Below, piece by piece: positions 18,260 through 28,184 of a DNA stretch of 37,656 bases. The notes under the pieces were generated by a model. It made no database searches. It was not told where the DNA came from and worked only from the letters and a program-made list of their open reading frames with translations. The DNA is from an uncultured Rhizobium sp. (GTDB lineage Bacteria > Pseudomonadota > Alphaproteobacteria > SHVZ01). The first letter of the stretch is position 1; every line of letters starts with the position of its first letter. A program made the position numbers and the translations under genes. Location of the stretch: positions 1 to 37,656 of the forward strand of contig CAZZLX010000003.1 in assembly GCA_964655235.1 (NCBI GenBank). Reading direction: 5' to 3'.

Positions 18260-18861
18260 GCCGACCGGCGGAAGACCAGGCTCAGATTGTTCGCCGGCAT
18301 CTCGGTCAGAAGCGGGCGGGAGAACCCTGACCGCTGCGCGAGCGCGGCGACCTCGGCCAGGTCCCGCACGCCCCAGGCCGGGTTGCGCTCGCGGAGGCTC
18401 CGGTCGAAGGCGAGGTTGCTTTCCGCGGTCGCGACCTCGCGGCGGAAATAGGGGCCGTAGAGATAGAGCGGCGCACCCGCCGGCAGGATCGCCGCGGCGC
18501 CTTCGATCAGCGCCACCGTCGCCGCCCAGGGCGAGATGTGGACCATGTTGATGCAGAGGACCGCGTCGGCGGCGGCGATCGGCCAGGGGCGCTCGGTCAC
18601 GTCGAGGCGGACCGGCGGACGCACGTTGGCGACGTCGGTCTCCGCGATCCAGGCGGCGATGCTGGCGAGCGCCGCTGGCGTCGGGTCGGTCGGCTGGAAG
18701 GCCAAGTTCGGCAGCGCCTCGGCGAAGTGGACGACGTGCTCGCCCGAGCCGCTGGCGATCTCCAGGACCAGGCCCGACGGCGGCAGTGCTCGGCGCAGCA
18801 CGTCCAGGATCGGGTCGCGGTTTCGTTGGGTCGCGGGGGCGAACTGGCGCGGGTCGCTCAT
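18256..18861 (-). CDS. DUF938 family SAM-dependent methyltransferase-like protein
   Basis: APATQRNRDPIL, VLEIASGSGEH, NMVHISPW, YGPY and MPANN motifs. Confidence 0.9.
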   Translation of the reverse strand: MSDPRQFAPATQRNRDPILDVLRRALPPSGLVLEIASGSGEHVVHFAEALPNLAFQPTDPTPAALASIAAWIAETDVANVRPPVRLDVTERPWPIAAADAVLCINMVHISPWAATVALIEGAAAILPAGAPLYLYGPYFRREVATAESNLAFDRSLRERNPAWGVRDLAEVAALAQRSGFSRPLLTEMPANNLSLVFRRSA

Positions 18862-18927
18862 GTGTTTCCGAGTGCGCCGGTCGGGGCGGCGCGCTTGCAT
18901 TCAGGCCGGCTGTGCCAGGGGACGGAG

Positions 18928-19810
18928 ATGACGTTCACCAAGTCCGGTATCGACGCGATCAAGAACAAGGAACTGCTCGGCGCCATCAAGGACAAGGCGC
19001 AGGGCATGATCAAGAAGAACATGTTCCGGACCGCGAAGACGGCAAAAGGAGGATCTGATCTTCCTGCTCCGCTGTATGATCGCCCGCGAGCTGAGCCAGA
19101 CCCGTTCCTGGTACGGCAAGCTGATGCAGGCGCTCGAATGGCACGACGCCACCAAGGAGGCGGCCAGCATCGGCCTCCTCGACGACTTCATCTCCGACTC
19201 CCTCGGCAGCGCCACGCTGATCGCCGACCTTCTGGGCCAGCAGCCGACCCTCATCGACGCGCTGTTCAAGCTGCTCGACATGGCCGAAGGCAAGTTCAAG
19301 GGCCCGGGCAAGGGGCAGGCGCCCGACGTCGTCAAGGCGGAGGAGGCCCTCTGCAAGCTGATGGCCACGGGCCGCCTGCCGGCCAGCCAGGAAATCCTGA
19401 TGGAGCGCGTCCGCTCCGAGCTGCGCGGGCCGAACCCGCTGGTCCGCAACAACCAGATCGTCGAGCAGAACCGCTTCCGCGACTTCATCAAGCACGTGCT
19501 GCGCGAGAGCGGCGTCTTCGGCGGCGCGGCGATGGCAGAAGCGCTGGTCCATCGCGCCGCCGCGGTGCTGGAGATGGGCGGGCCCAACGGCTTGCGCGCC
19601 GGTGTCGGCTGGATCGTCGAGGCCGGGCCCTCGTCGCTCGCCAACGCGAACTTCGTCGTGGCGCTGTCGGGCACGCGGATCGCGCCGGCGCTGGAGGCCG
19701 TGGTGTCGGTCGAGCTCAAGAAGCAGATCGCCGGCATCGCCGATCCCGCCGCGCGCGCCAGGATCCTGGCGCAGCTCGACCAGCAGATGACGACGGCGAA
19801 GGGCGCCTAG
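18928..19810 (+). pseudogene. Frameshifted, truncated paralogue of the 566-aa hypothetical protein with an unrelated 36-codon N-terminus
   Basis: Similarity starts at KTAK (19036) and continues in the +1 frame after the A run at 19044-19047 (EDLIFLLRC..RELSQTRSWYGKL). An intact part-ORF spans 19076-19810. Confidence 0.65.
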
Positions 19811-21816
19811 GCGGCGCCGGCCTCGCCGGTCCTGAATCCCGACGCGGCGTCGACGAGCTGTCCTGCCTGGTCGGCGAGGGAGGCTGCTGCGGCGGAGCTC
19901 TCCTCGACCAGGGCTGCATTCTGCTGGGTCGCGACGTCGAGCTCGTTCAAGGCCTTGTTGATCTCGGCGATGCTGCGTGCCTGCTCGCGGCTGCCCGATG
20001 CGATCTTGGGCGCGATCTCGGCGACCTCGCGAACGATCTCGATGATGCTGGTCAGGGCCTCGCCGGCACCGCTCGCGAGCTCGACGCCCTGCGCCACTTC
20101 CTTGGCGCTCTGGGCGATCAGGTCGCGGATCTGCTGGGAAGCCTGGCGCGAACGGTCGGCCAGCGCGCGCACTTCCTGGGCCACGACCGCGAAACCCTTG
20201 CCGGACTCGCCCGCCCGCGCCGCTTCCACCGCCGCGTTCAGTGCCAGCAGCTTGGTCTGGAACGAGATCTCCTCCATCACCTGGATGATCGCGTTGATCT
20301 TCGACGACGAGCTCTCGATGCCCGACATCGCCTGGATCACGCTGGAGACCGCCGTATTGCCGCCCTCGGCGCGGGTCAGCGCGTCGGCGGCCAGCTTCCT
20401 CGCCTGCTCCGAGCTCTCGGCATTGGCCGCGACGTTGCCCGAGACCTCGCTCATCGTCGCAACCGTCTCCTGCAGCGCCGACGCCTGGCGCTCGGTCCGC
20501 GTCGCAAGGTCGTTGCTCCCCTGGCTGATCTCGCTCGCCGCCGCCCGGATCGCGTCGATCGATTCCGTCACCCGTTCCGCCGTCTCAGAAAGACGCGTCA
20601 GCATCGATGACTGCTCGGCCATCAGGTCCTTCTGCTCGGCCGTCATCTCCTTGTTGCGCGCGATGGTCTTGCGGAAGCGGGCGAGTACCTTCTCGAGGTC
20701 CCCGATCTCGTCGCGCCGCCCGGTCTCCTCGTAGCTGGATCCCAGATCGCCGATCGACAGCCGCTGCATCACGCCGGACATCCGCGACAGCGGCCGCCCG
20801 ACCGTGCGGTTGACGACCCACACCGCGATCAGAGAGAGGACCAGCACGATCCCAGCGAGCATGCCGGAGACCTGCCAGGCCCGGTCCAGCGTCGCATCGA
20901 AGTCGCTGCGATCGATCGCCTTGACGCTGATCCCGATCACGCGCCTGGAGAAATCGAGGACCGGGCTCGCGATGATCGCGTACGGTTTTCCGGAGAGGAA
21001 GATCCTGTCCACGATCTTCGCGCCCTTGATCGCGTCGGCGACCAGGTTCACGTCGAGCACGGAGAGCCCCGGGTTGTTCGCGGCGAAGAAGGTGAACGCG
21101 CCGCCGTCGAGCAGGTAGAGGGCGACCTCGACTCCCGACTGCCGCTTGAAGGCGGACAGCAGCACGTCGTCGAACGAGAGCCCGACCTCGACCGAGCCGA
21201 CGTGCTGGCCGGCCGAGAGGACCGGCACGATGCCGCGGAGGCCGAGGCCTTCGCGTCCGATCTCGAGGCCGCTCACCGGCGCCTTCGTCGAATTGACGGC
21301 GACGACGCCGGGGCGGATGTCGCTCAGGTCGTCGCCGAAGCGATCGGGGCGATGGACGCGGAGGAAGGAAGTCGCGGGCGGCAGATGAAACTGCATCTGC
21401 TGGAAGTCGAAGCGATCCCGCAGCACGGCATACTGGGGCACGAACTCTGCAGCGAGCGCGGCGCGGTCCTTGGCCGCCAGCGCTTTCTGCACGCTCGGCA
21501 TGCCGGCGACGAGGGTCGAGACGGTGAGAGCGCGCTTGGCTTGGTCCTCGACCTTTGAGGCGAAGCTCGCTTCGGCCGCTTTCAGGGCAGCGGCGAGCTG
21601 GCGGTCGACCAGGCCCTGCGCCTCGTAGATGTTGATGCCGGCCGAAAGCGCCAGGACGGCGATCATGCCGACGGTCGCAAGGCCCGCGACCTTGACGCCG
21701 ACGGACAGCCGCCTCGGCAGCCGGACTTGCGGCACGCGAAGCCGGAGCCTCACGCCGGACTCCTGCCGGGACGGCGATCGGAGAGGCTGAAAGTAAGGTG
21801 ACGTGACAGTCTGCAC
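19807..21816 (-). CDS. Methyl-accepting chemotaxis protein with dCache_3-type sensor
   Basis: Sensor motif [24 protein letters not shown], two TMs, HAMP, and [30 protein letters not shown]. Exact start is uncertain. Confidence 0.9.
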   Translation of the reverse strand: MQTVTSPYFQPLRSPSRQESGVRLRLRVPQVRLPRRLSVGVKVAGLATVGMIAVLALSAGINIYEAQGLVDRQLAAALKAAEASFASKVEDQAKRALTVSTLVAGMPSVQKALAAKDRAALAAEFVPQYAVLRDRFDFQQMQFHLPPATSFLRVHRPDRFGDDLSDIRPGVVAVNSTKAPVSGLEIGREGLGLRGIVPVLSAGQHVGSVEVGLSFDDVLLSAFKRQSGVEVALYLLDGGAFTFFAANNPGLSVLDVNLVADAIKGAKIVDRIFLSGKPYAIIASPVLDFSRRVIGISVKAIDRSDFDATLDRAWQVSGMLAGIVLVLSLIAVWVVNRTVGRPLSRMSGVMQRLSIGDLGSSYEETGRRDEIGDLEKVLARFRKTIARNKEMTAEQKDLMAEQSSMLTRLSETAERVTESIDAIRAAASEISQGSNDLATRTERQASALQETVATMSEVSGNVAANAESSEQARKLAADALTRAEGGNTAVSSVIQAMSGIESSSSKINAIIQVMEEISFQTKLLALNAAVEAARAGESGKGFAVVAQEVRALADRSRQASQQIRDLIAQSAKEVAQGVELASGAGEALTSIIEIVREVAEIAPKIASGSREQARSIAEINKALNELDVATQQNAALVEESSAAAASLADQAGQLVDAASGFRTGEAGAA

Positions 21817-22006
21817 CGGCCTTTCGGTCGCGAGACGGCGAAGCGCTGCAAAAGCGGGCAGCGCGCCGGCGTCCCCGCGCCCCGCGATCTTAGTTCGCGG
21901 CCGGGTTAACAGCTAGCCTTTGATTTTACACGATTATAATGAACGCAGCGTGGCGCCTTCCGGCCCCTTAGGGCCGTGGGCGCCACGCCGCGCCGTTTGC
22001 CCGTGC

Positions 22007-22783
22007 CTAATGCGCGAGCAGGGCGGGAACCTTGTCCTGATCCAGGACGCTTTCGGTCGCACCGCCGAGCACCCATTCGCGCATGCGGGAATGGCCGTAG
22101 GCGCCCATCACGAGAAGGTCGGCGCCACTGGTCCGCACTTCCTCGAGCAGGAGATCGCCGACATCGGCGCCATGCGACAGGCGCTCGCGGATGTTCGCCT
22201 TGACGCCGTGGCGGCCGAGGCTGCGCGCAATGTCGATGCCCATGCCGTCCTGGGACGGATCGACGACGAGAATGTCGACGGCCTCGGCGGCCGCGAGCAG
22301 CGGCAGCGCGTCGTGGACGGCACGGGCGGCCTCTCGGCTTCCGTTCCAGGCGACCAGCGGGCGGCGGGGCGCCTGCCCCTTGCCCGAGGTGGCGGCGAGG
22401 ACCGGGGTGGCCGCCGCGAACACCAGATCGCGGGCGACATCGGGCTTGCAGACCGTGAGGTCGGCGTAGTTGGCGTGGACGGCGGCATTGGCGATTTCGT
22501 CGCCGCGCTCGCAGCGCCACTCGATCGCGGTGCCGGTGGCCGCGGCGGTCGCCTCGACCTTGGCCCGGATCGCCTCGGCCGCCTTTTCGGCCTCTTCCTG
22601 CTGCGCCTCGATGACGGAGGCGGGAATATCGCCGCCCATGCCGCTATAGAGAACCAGCGGCGGCGGAATGACATGGAGCGCCGCCAGATGCGCGGAGTGA
22701 CGCTTGGCCAGCGCGATGGCCATGCTCAAGGGGCCCTCTTCCTGGACGGACGAGACGACGACAAGAAGTGTCTTGATGTTCAT
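22007..22783 (-). CDS. Universal stress protein (tandem USP)
   Basis: GAGGAGG RBS. LVAWNGSREAARAVHDALPLL and ADLLVMGAYGHSRMREWVLGGAT. Confidence 0.92.
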   Translation of the reverse strand: MNIKTLLVVVSSVQEEGPLSMAIALAKRHSAHLAALHVIPPPLVLYSGMGGDIPASVIEAQQEEAEKAAEAIRAKVEATAAATGTAIEWRCERGDEIANAAVHANYADLTVCKPDVARDLVFAAATPVLAATSGKGQAPRRPLVAWNGSREAARAVHDALPLLAAAEAVDILVVDPSQDGMGIDIARSLGRHGVKANIRERLSHGADVGDLLLEEVRTSGADLLVMGAYGHSRMREWVLGGATESVLDQDKVPALLAH

Positions 22784-22835
22784 GCGATCCTCCTCGGATG
22801 TGGCGTAAGGAGGCCTGCGATTTCGCTTCCGATCC

Positions 22836-22849
22836 TTGATCTGCGTCAA
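22836..22849 (-). promoter_or_regulatory. FixK/Fnr box for the USP gene
   Basis: TTGAT-CTGC-GTCAA, centred about 60 nt upstream of ATG 22783. Confidence 0.85.
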
Positions 22850-22892
22850 GCGATGATCCGATCGGGGCCGGGCATGCCGGCATCAGGCAGGC

Positions 22893-22906
22893 TTGATTTG
22901 GGTCAA
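22893..22906 (+). promoter_or_regulatory. FixK/Fnr box for pat
   Basis: TTGAT-TTGG-GTCAA, centred about 75 nt upstream of ATG 22975. Confidence 0.82.
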
Positions 22907-22974
22907 GCCCAGCACCGTGCCGGCGCATCATCATGCGCGGCCGCCCGCACTGCTCTGAATCCTGGCTGAACCGC

Positions 22975-25653
22975 ATGTCCATTCGCAATCTAGACGCCCT
23001 CTTCAAGCCGCGATCGGTGGCCGTCATCGGCGCGAGCCCGCGCCCCGGCTCGGTCGGCCTCGTCCTGACCCGGAACCTGCTGGCCGGCGGGTTTTCCGGC
23101 CCGATCCACGCGGTCAATCCAAGGCACGCCGAGGTCGCGGGGCTTCCGGTCTATCGGGACGTCTCGCGGCTTCCCGAGGCGCCGGATCTCGCCGTCATCT
23201 GTACGCCGCCCGCGACCGTGCCGGGACTGGTTGCGGAACTCGCGCGGCGCGGCACCCGGGGCGCGGTCGTCGTCACCGCCGGATTCAAGGAGCTCGGCAG
23301 CGCCGAAGGACGCCGGCTCGAACAGGCGATTCTCGACGCGGCGCGTCCGGGCCTGCTCCGCGTCATCGGCCCCAACTGCGTCGGCGTCATGTCGACCGCG
23401 GTCGGGCTCAACGCGACCTTCGCGCATATCGGCGCGCGCAAGGGCAACGTCGCCTTCGTCACCCAGTCCGGTGCCATGGCCACGACCGTGCTCGACTGGG
23501 CCTCCGACCGCGGCATCGGCTTCTCGTACCTGGCCTCGCTCGGCGACATGGCCGACGTCGACTTCGGCGACATGCTCGACTTCCTCGCCAATGACACGGC
23601 GACGAGCTCGATCCTCCTCTACGTCGAGGCCATCACCAACAGCCGGAAGTTCATGTCGGCGGCCCGCGCCGCCGCCCGCCTGAAACCGCTGATCGTGATC
23701 AAGGCCGGGCGCCACGACGCCGCGGCGCGCGCGGCGGCGTCGCATACCGGCGCGATGGCGGGGGCCGACGGCGTCTACGACACCGCGTTCCGCCGCGCCG
23801 GCATGCTGCGCGTCCAGAGCCTCAGCGAGCTGTTCGACGCCGCCGGCACGCTCGCGACCTCGCTGCCGGTCTCGGGCGACAGGCTGGCGATCCTGACCAA
23901 CGGCGGCGGCGCCGGCGTGCTCGCGACCGACGCGCTGCTCGACCTCGACGGTCGCCTGGCCGAGCTTTCGCCGGCGACGGTCGCCGCGCTGGACAAGGTC
24001 CTGCCGCCGACCTGGCCGCGGGCGAATCCGGTCGACATCATCGGCGACGCGCCGGCGGGTCGTTACGCCGACGCGCTGCGGATCCTCAAGGACGCGCCCG
24101 AGGTCGATGCTACCCTGGTGCTGAACTGCCCGACCGCGATCGGGTCGGGGGTCGACGCGGCCCGCGCCGTCGCGGCTGTGGCCTCAGAAGGCCGTCGCGT
24201 GATCCTGACGAGCTGGCTCGGCAGCACCGCGGCGGTCGATGCGCGACGCGTGTTCGCGTCGGTCGGGATTCCGACCTACGACACGCCCGACGCGGCGATC
24301 AGGGGCTTCATGCATCTGGTCAGGTACCGCCGGAACCAGGCGCAGCTGATGGAAGTCCCGGCCGCGGGGCCGCGCGAGCCCGAGGCGCGGACGGGGGAAG
24401 CCCGGCGGATCGTCGGGGAAGCCGTCGCCGGCGGAAGAGCATGGCTCAACGAGGCCGAGATCAGCCGGCTGTTCGCCTGCTACGACATTCCCGCCGCACG
24501 CTCGCTTCTCGCCGCGGATCCGGACGATGCCGCGCGTTGCGCGTCGATGCTCGGCGGACCTTTCGCGCTCAAGGTCTCGTCGCCCGACATCACGCACAAA
24601 TCCGATGTCGGCGGCGTCGTACTGGATCTCGCGTCCCCGGATGATGTCCGCGCCGCGGCGATCGCGATGCTTCGGCGCGTCGAGGAGGCCGTGCCCAACC
24701 GCCGCGTGACGGGGTTCATCGTCCAGGAGATGGTCCGCCGGCCGCATGCCCATGAGGTGATCCTCGGCATGGCCGTGGACCGCCAGTTCGGGCCGTTCCT
24801 GCTGTTCGGTCATGGCGGTACCGGCGTCGAGGTCATCGCCGACCGGGCGCTGGCGCTGCCGCCGCTCAACATGAGCCTCGCGCACGAGTTGATGGCGCGC
24901 ACCCGGATCCATCGCCTGCTCGTGGGGTATCGCAACCGCCCGGCCGCCGATCTCGATGCGGTCGCCGGCACCCTGGTTCGTCTGTCGCAGCTGGTCTGCG
25001 ATCTCGACGAGGTCGTCGAGATCGACCTCAACCCGCTGCTCGTGGACGAGACCGGGGCGATCGTGGTCGACGCCCGCATGCGCGTCGCGCCGATGCCGGC
25101 AGGGGCCCTGCGCGGGTCACGCCTGTCGATCGTGCCTTATCCAAAGGAGTTCGAGCAGACCGTCGAGATCCAGGGCATGGGACCGGTGCTGATGCGCCCG
25201 GTGCGGCCCGAAGACGCGCCGGCCATCCTCCGCTTCGTCGAAGGGCTTGCGCCGGAGGATGCGCGCCTTCGCTTCTTCGGCGCGATCCGCACGCTCTCCA
25301 AGGAGATGCTCGTGCGACTGACCCAGATCGACTACGACCGCCAGATGGCGTTCGTGCTCGAAGCGGCGGGCGAGATCCTCGGCGTGTCGCGCCTCGCGGC
25401 CGATCCCGACAACCGCCAGGCGGAGTTCGCGGTGACGGTCGGCAGCAAGCTCAAGTCGCGTGGCATCGGAACCCTCCTGATGCGCCGCCTGATCGAGCAC
25501 GCGCAGCATCGGCGCATCGGGGCGCTCGTCGGCGATATCCTCGCCGAAAACGCAGCGATGCTCTCGCTGGCGCGCGATCTCGGATTCAAGCTGAGCCCGC
25601 CCGACGTGCGGAGCGGGACGGTCCACGCCGTGCTGCCGCTGGGCACGTCCTGA
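22975..25653 (+). CDS. pat: Protein lysine acetyltransferase Pat type (NDP-forming acyl-CoA synthetase-like domain plus C-terminal GNAT)
   Basis: MSIRNLDALFKPRSVAVIGAS, GPNCVG, QSGA, HKSDVGGV, RLRFF and TQIDYDR motifs, with a GNAT RGIG motif. Confidence 0.9.
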   Translation: MSIRNLDALFKPRSVAVIGASPRPGSVGLVLTRNLLAGGFSGPIHAVNPRHAEVAGLPVYRDVSRLPEAPDLAVICTPPATVPGLVAELARRGTRGAVVVTAGFKELGSAEGRRLEQAILDAARPGLLRVIGPNCVGVMSTAVGLNATFAHIGARKGNVAFVTQSGAMATTVLDWASDRGIGFSYLASLGDMADVDFGDMLDFLANDTATSSILLYVEAITNSRKFMSAARAAARLKPLIVIKAGRHDAAARAAASHTGAMAGADGVYDTAFRRAGMLRVQSLSELFDAAGTLATSLPVSGDRLAILTNGGGAGVLATDALLDLDGRLAELSPATVAALDKVLPPTWPRANPVDIIGDAPAGRYADALRILKDAPEVDATLVLNCPTAIGSGVDAARAVAAVASEGRRVILTSWLGSTAAVDARRVFASVGIPTYDTPDAAIRGFMHLVRYRRNQAQLMEVPAAGPREPEARTGEARRIVGEAVAGGRAWLNEAEISRLFACYDIPAARSLLAADPDDAARCASMLGGPFALKVSSPDITHKSDVGGVVLDLASPDDVRAAAIAMLRRVEEAVPNRRVTGFIVQEMVRRPHAHEVILGMAVDRQFGPFLLFGHGGTGVEVIADRALALPPLNMSLAHELMARTRIHRLLVGYRNRPAADLDAVAGTLVRLSQLVCDLDEVVEIDLNPLLVDETGAIVVDARMRVAPMPAGALRGSRLSIVPYPKEFEQTVEIQGMGPVLMRPVRPEDAPAILRFVEGLAPEDARLRFFGAIRTLSKEMLVRLTQIDYDRQMAFVLEAAGEILGVSRLAADPDNRQAEFAVTVGSKLKSRGIGTLLMRRLIEHAQHRRIGALVGDILAENAAMLSLARDLGFKLSPPDVRSGTVHAVLPLGTS

Positions 25654-25681
25654 GCCGGATTCGGCGCGGTCGCGGAAGCGC

Positions 25682-26107
25682 TCAGGGAACGATCATAACG
25701 GGGCAGCCCGCCAGATGGATGGTCTTCTGCGACACGCTGCCGAACATCAGCGAGGTCACGCGCCCCCTGCCGCGCCGACCGACGACGATGATGTCGGCGT
25801 GACGGCGCTTCGCGGCATTCACGATCTCTTCCGCCGGGTCGCCGACGGCAGCGGCCGTCTCGACGCCGGGAGCACCGGCGAGCGCGGCTTTCTCCCGGGC
25901 ACGCTTCAGGAAGGGCGGGCGCAGATCGACGAGGGAGTCGTGCGCATCCTCGAAGGAGGCGCGCTCACCCGAGTCGAGAGCCTGGGGCAGGCTCTGCACC
26001 GCCAGCAGGGTGAGATCGGCGCCGCTCGCCTTCGCGATCTTCGCGGCGACGCAGATCGCGCGATCGGCATGGGCCGAGCCGTCGACACCGACCAGGATTC
26101 TCTTCAT
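25682..26107 (-). CDS. Universal stress protein (single USP)
   Basis: MKRILVGVDGS, GDPAEEI, IVVGRRGRG and FGSVSQK. Confidence 0.92.
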   Translation of the reverse strand: MKRILVGVDGSAHADRAICVAAKIAKASGADLTLLAVQSLPQALDSGERASFEDAHDSLVDLRPPFLKRAREKAALAGAPGVETAAAVGDPAEEIVNAAKRRHADIIVVGRRGRGRVTSLMFGSVSQKTIHLAGCPVMIVP

Positions 26108-26178
26108 GGGTACCTCTCGGCGCAGAAGCGCCCGGATTCCGGAGAAGAGAAGAATGGCTCGCCGCTGCCGGGATCTCC

Positions 26179-26192
26179 TTGATCTAGCTCAA
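26179..26192 (-). promoter_or_regulatory. FixK/Fnr box for the single-domain USP
   Basis: TTGAT-CTAG-CTCAA within an extended palindrome (TCCTTGA...TCAAGGA). Confidence 0.8.
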
Positions 26193-26215
26193 GGAGCCCG
26201 GGGGCACGGGATCGC

Positions 26216-26956
26216 TCAGGCGACGCCGCTGCCGATCGTCACCAGCTTGTTGCGATCGCGGACGACGATCTGGCTCGCGGTCGGGATGTCGATGACGTGG
26301 CTCTCGCGAAGCTGCGTGAGGATGCGGCTGACGGTCTCGATGGTGAGGCCGAGATAGTCGGCAATGTCCGCGCGACACATCGGCAGCTTGATCGTGTTGG
26401 CGTCGACCGTCTTCGGCGAGCGCGTGCGCTCGGTCATGGCCAGGAGGAAGGAGGCGATGCGTTCGACGGCGCTCTTGCGGCAGAGGGTCAGCAGGCGCTC
26501 CTGCGCTGCCGACAGCTGGCCGCACATCAGGTTGAAGAAGCGGCGGCCGGCGCGGGGATCTTCCTCGAGAAGCTCCTTCAGCTGCTGCTTCGGGTACCGG
26601 ACGAAGCTCGTGTCGGACAGAACTTCGAGCGAGTGGCTGTAGGTGCCGTCTTCCGCGAGGCCGAAGAAGTCGCCGGGCAGCAGGAAGTCGATGACGGAGC
26701 GGCGGCCGTCGGGGAGCAGGCGGACCATCCGGAGCGCGCCGCTGACCACCTTGTAGACGTGCTCGGCAGAATCTCCCTGCTCGACGATCGTCTTGCCGCG
26801 CGGCATCACGTGGAGCGTTCCGAGCCGGTCGAGCGAGGCGGCGCCCGCATCGGCACCGGCCGTCGGGGCGAGCCGGGGAAGCTGGGTCGACGTGGCCTTC
26901 CGCGGGGGGATCTGGGTGCGGATGGCCGGGAACGCCTGGGTAGCAACTGCGGTCAT
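26216..26956 (-). CDS. fixK: FixK-type Crp/Fnr transcriptional regulator
   Basis: GGAGGG RBS. Recognition helix LPMCRADIADYLGLTIETVSR (ExxSR), no N-terminal FNR Cys cluster, and located downstream of fixLJ. Confidence 0.88.
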   Translation of the reverse strand: MTAVATQAFPAIRTQIPPRKATSTQLPRLAPTAGADAGAASLDRLGTLHVMPRGKTIVEQGDSAEHVYKVVSGALRMVRLLPDGRRSVIDFLLPGDFFGLAEDGTYSHSLEVLSDTSFVRYPKQQLKELLEEDPRAGRRFFNLMCGQLSAAQERLLTLCRKSAVERIASFLLAMTERTRSPKTVDANTIKLPMCRADIADYLGLTIETVSRILTQLRESHVIDIPTASQIVVRDRNKLVTIGSGVA

Positions 26957-27035
26957 TTTTCCCTCCTGCAGCGACATCGTCGCGTTGGAGGAAAGCTACC
27001 GGCGTCACGCCTTCCGAGAAATTTCGGGATTGTAC

Positions 27036-27053
27036 TTAAGGGATACTACGTAG
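27036..27053 (-). promoter_or_regulatory. Putative FixJ binding site upstream of fixK
   Basis: Minus strand CTACGTAGTATCCCTTAA resembles the GTAGTTTCCC-type FixJ site of rhizobial fixK promoters. Confidence 0.65.
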
Positions 27054-27066
27054 GACGCGGTGGCGT

Positions 27067-27447
27067 TCAGGAGGCGAGCTGAAGCATCGCCCTTTCGATC
27101 TCGGTGAACAGGCGCGCGCCGAAGAGCGGCTTCTCGAGAAACGCCTGGACGCCCAGCGCATCCGCCTGGGCGCGGGACGCCGCATCCCAGCGGCCGGTCA
27201 CCATGATGACGAAGACCTTGTCGCCGCGCTCGCGCAGCTTCTGCATGAGCTCGATGCCGGTCATCTGCGGCATGTGATTGTCGAGAATGACGCATTCTCC
27301 GGCCGCGTCCTGGTCGCGCGCCAGGAACTCGGCCGCCGAGGCATAGTCGGAGACCGCAAAACCGCGCGATTCCAGCAGGGCCTTCAGGGAATCCCTCACC
27401 ATATCGTCGTCGTCGACGATGTGAATGGTGCGCGCGACAGTCGTCAT
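27067..27447 (-). CDS. Single-domain response regulator, FixT-like / FixJ-receiver paralogue
   Basis: IHIVDDD, ILDNHMP, MVTG and EKP motifs. It lies between fixJ and fixK. Confidence 0.88.
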   Translation of the reverse strand: MTTVARTIHIVDDDDMVRDSLKALLESRGFAVSDYASAAEFLARDQDAAGECVILDNHMPQMTGIELMQKLRERGDKVFVIMVTGRWDAASRAQADALGVQAFLEKPLFGARLFTEIERAMLQLAS

Positions 27448-27532
27448 TCCAGCCTAACTCCTCGGCTCCGAAATGGTCTCATGCGAGCGGAGCCGGCGTC
27501 TTTCTATATGGCGAAATCCAGATGAATGCCCA

Positions 27533-27550
27533 TTAAGGGAAATTACCTAG
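27533..27550 (-). promoter_or_regulatory. Putative FixJ binding site upstream of the receiver gene
   Basis: Minus strand CTAGGTAATTTCCCTTAA, 15/18 identical to the site at 27036-27053. Confidence 0.6.
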
Positions 27551-27556
27551 CGTCCG

Positions 27557-28171
27557 CTAGCGCGCGATCACGCCGGCCGCCAGCGCCATGCGGACCAGAT
27601 GGGACAGGCTGTCCGCGTCCATCTTCTTCATCAGGTTCGCGCGGTGGATCTCGACCGTGCGGGGGCTGATCTTGAGCTCGAAGGCAATGATCTTGTTGGG
27701 GTGGCCAATCACAAGTTGCTCGAGCACCTCGCGCTCGCGCGGCGTGAGTGCCGCGATCTTGGCCGCGTTGCCGGCGTCGCGGACCATGTCTTCGCCCGAG
27801 CTGGCCCTGGTCTGCTCGAGGGCCCGCGACACCGCCGCGAGGATGACCTCGTTGCCGTAGGGCTTTTCGACGAAGTCGGCCGCGCCCGCCTTCATGGCGC
27901 GGACCGCCAGCGGTACGTCCCCGTGCCCGGTCACCATGATGACGGGAAGGCTCGCCGCATCGCCCTTCAGCCGCTCGATCAGCTGCAGGCCGTCCATGCC
28001 CGGCATCCTGAGGTCGACCACCGCGCAGGCCCGGGCCCCCGGACGATAGGCGCCGAGAAACGCCTCGGCGGAGTTGTAGGTCGAGACGCTGAAGCCTCGG
28101 GATTCGAGCAGGGCCTGCAGGGATTCCCTAACTGCTTCGTCGTCGTCGACGACGTAGATCGTTCCGGCCAC
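27557..28171 (-). CDS. fixJ: Response regulator FixJ
   Basis: Receiver (VVDDD, DLRMPGMDG, TGHGDVPLAVRAMKAGA) plus LuxR HTH (LTPREREVL..NKIIA..SPRTVEIHRANLMKK). Confidence 0.93.
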   Translation of the reverse strand: MAGTIYVVDDDEAVRESLQALLESRGFSVSTYNSAEAFLGAYRPGARACAVVDLRMPGMDGLQLIERLKGDAASLPVIMVTGHGDVPLAVRAMKAGAADFVEKPYGNEVILAAVSRALEQTRASSGEDMVRDAGNAAKIAALTPREREVLEQLVIGHPNKIIAFELKISPRTVEIHRANLMKKMDADSLSHLVRMALAAGVIAR

Positions 28172-28184
28172 GCGGCGGCTCCGC

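Noticed and set aside
21905-21945. TTGAT half-site, GTTAAC and ATTATAAT upstream of the second MCP as FixK or CtrA sites
   Set aside because: There is no second half-site for either. This is probably just an AT-rich promoter.
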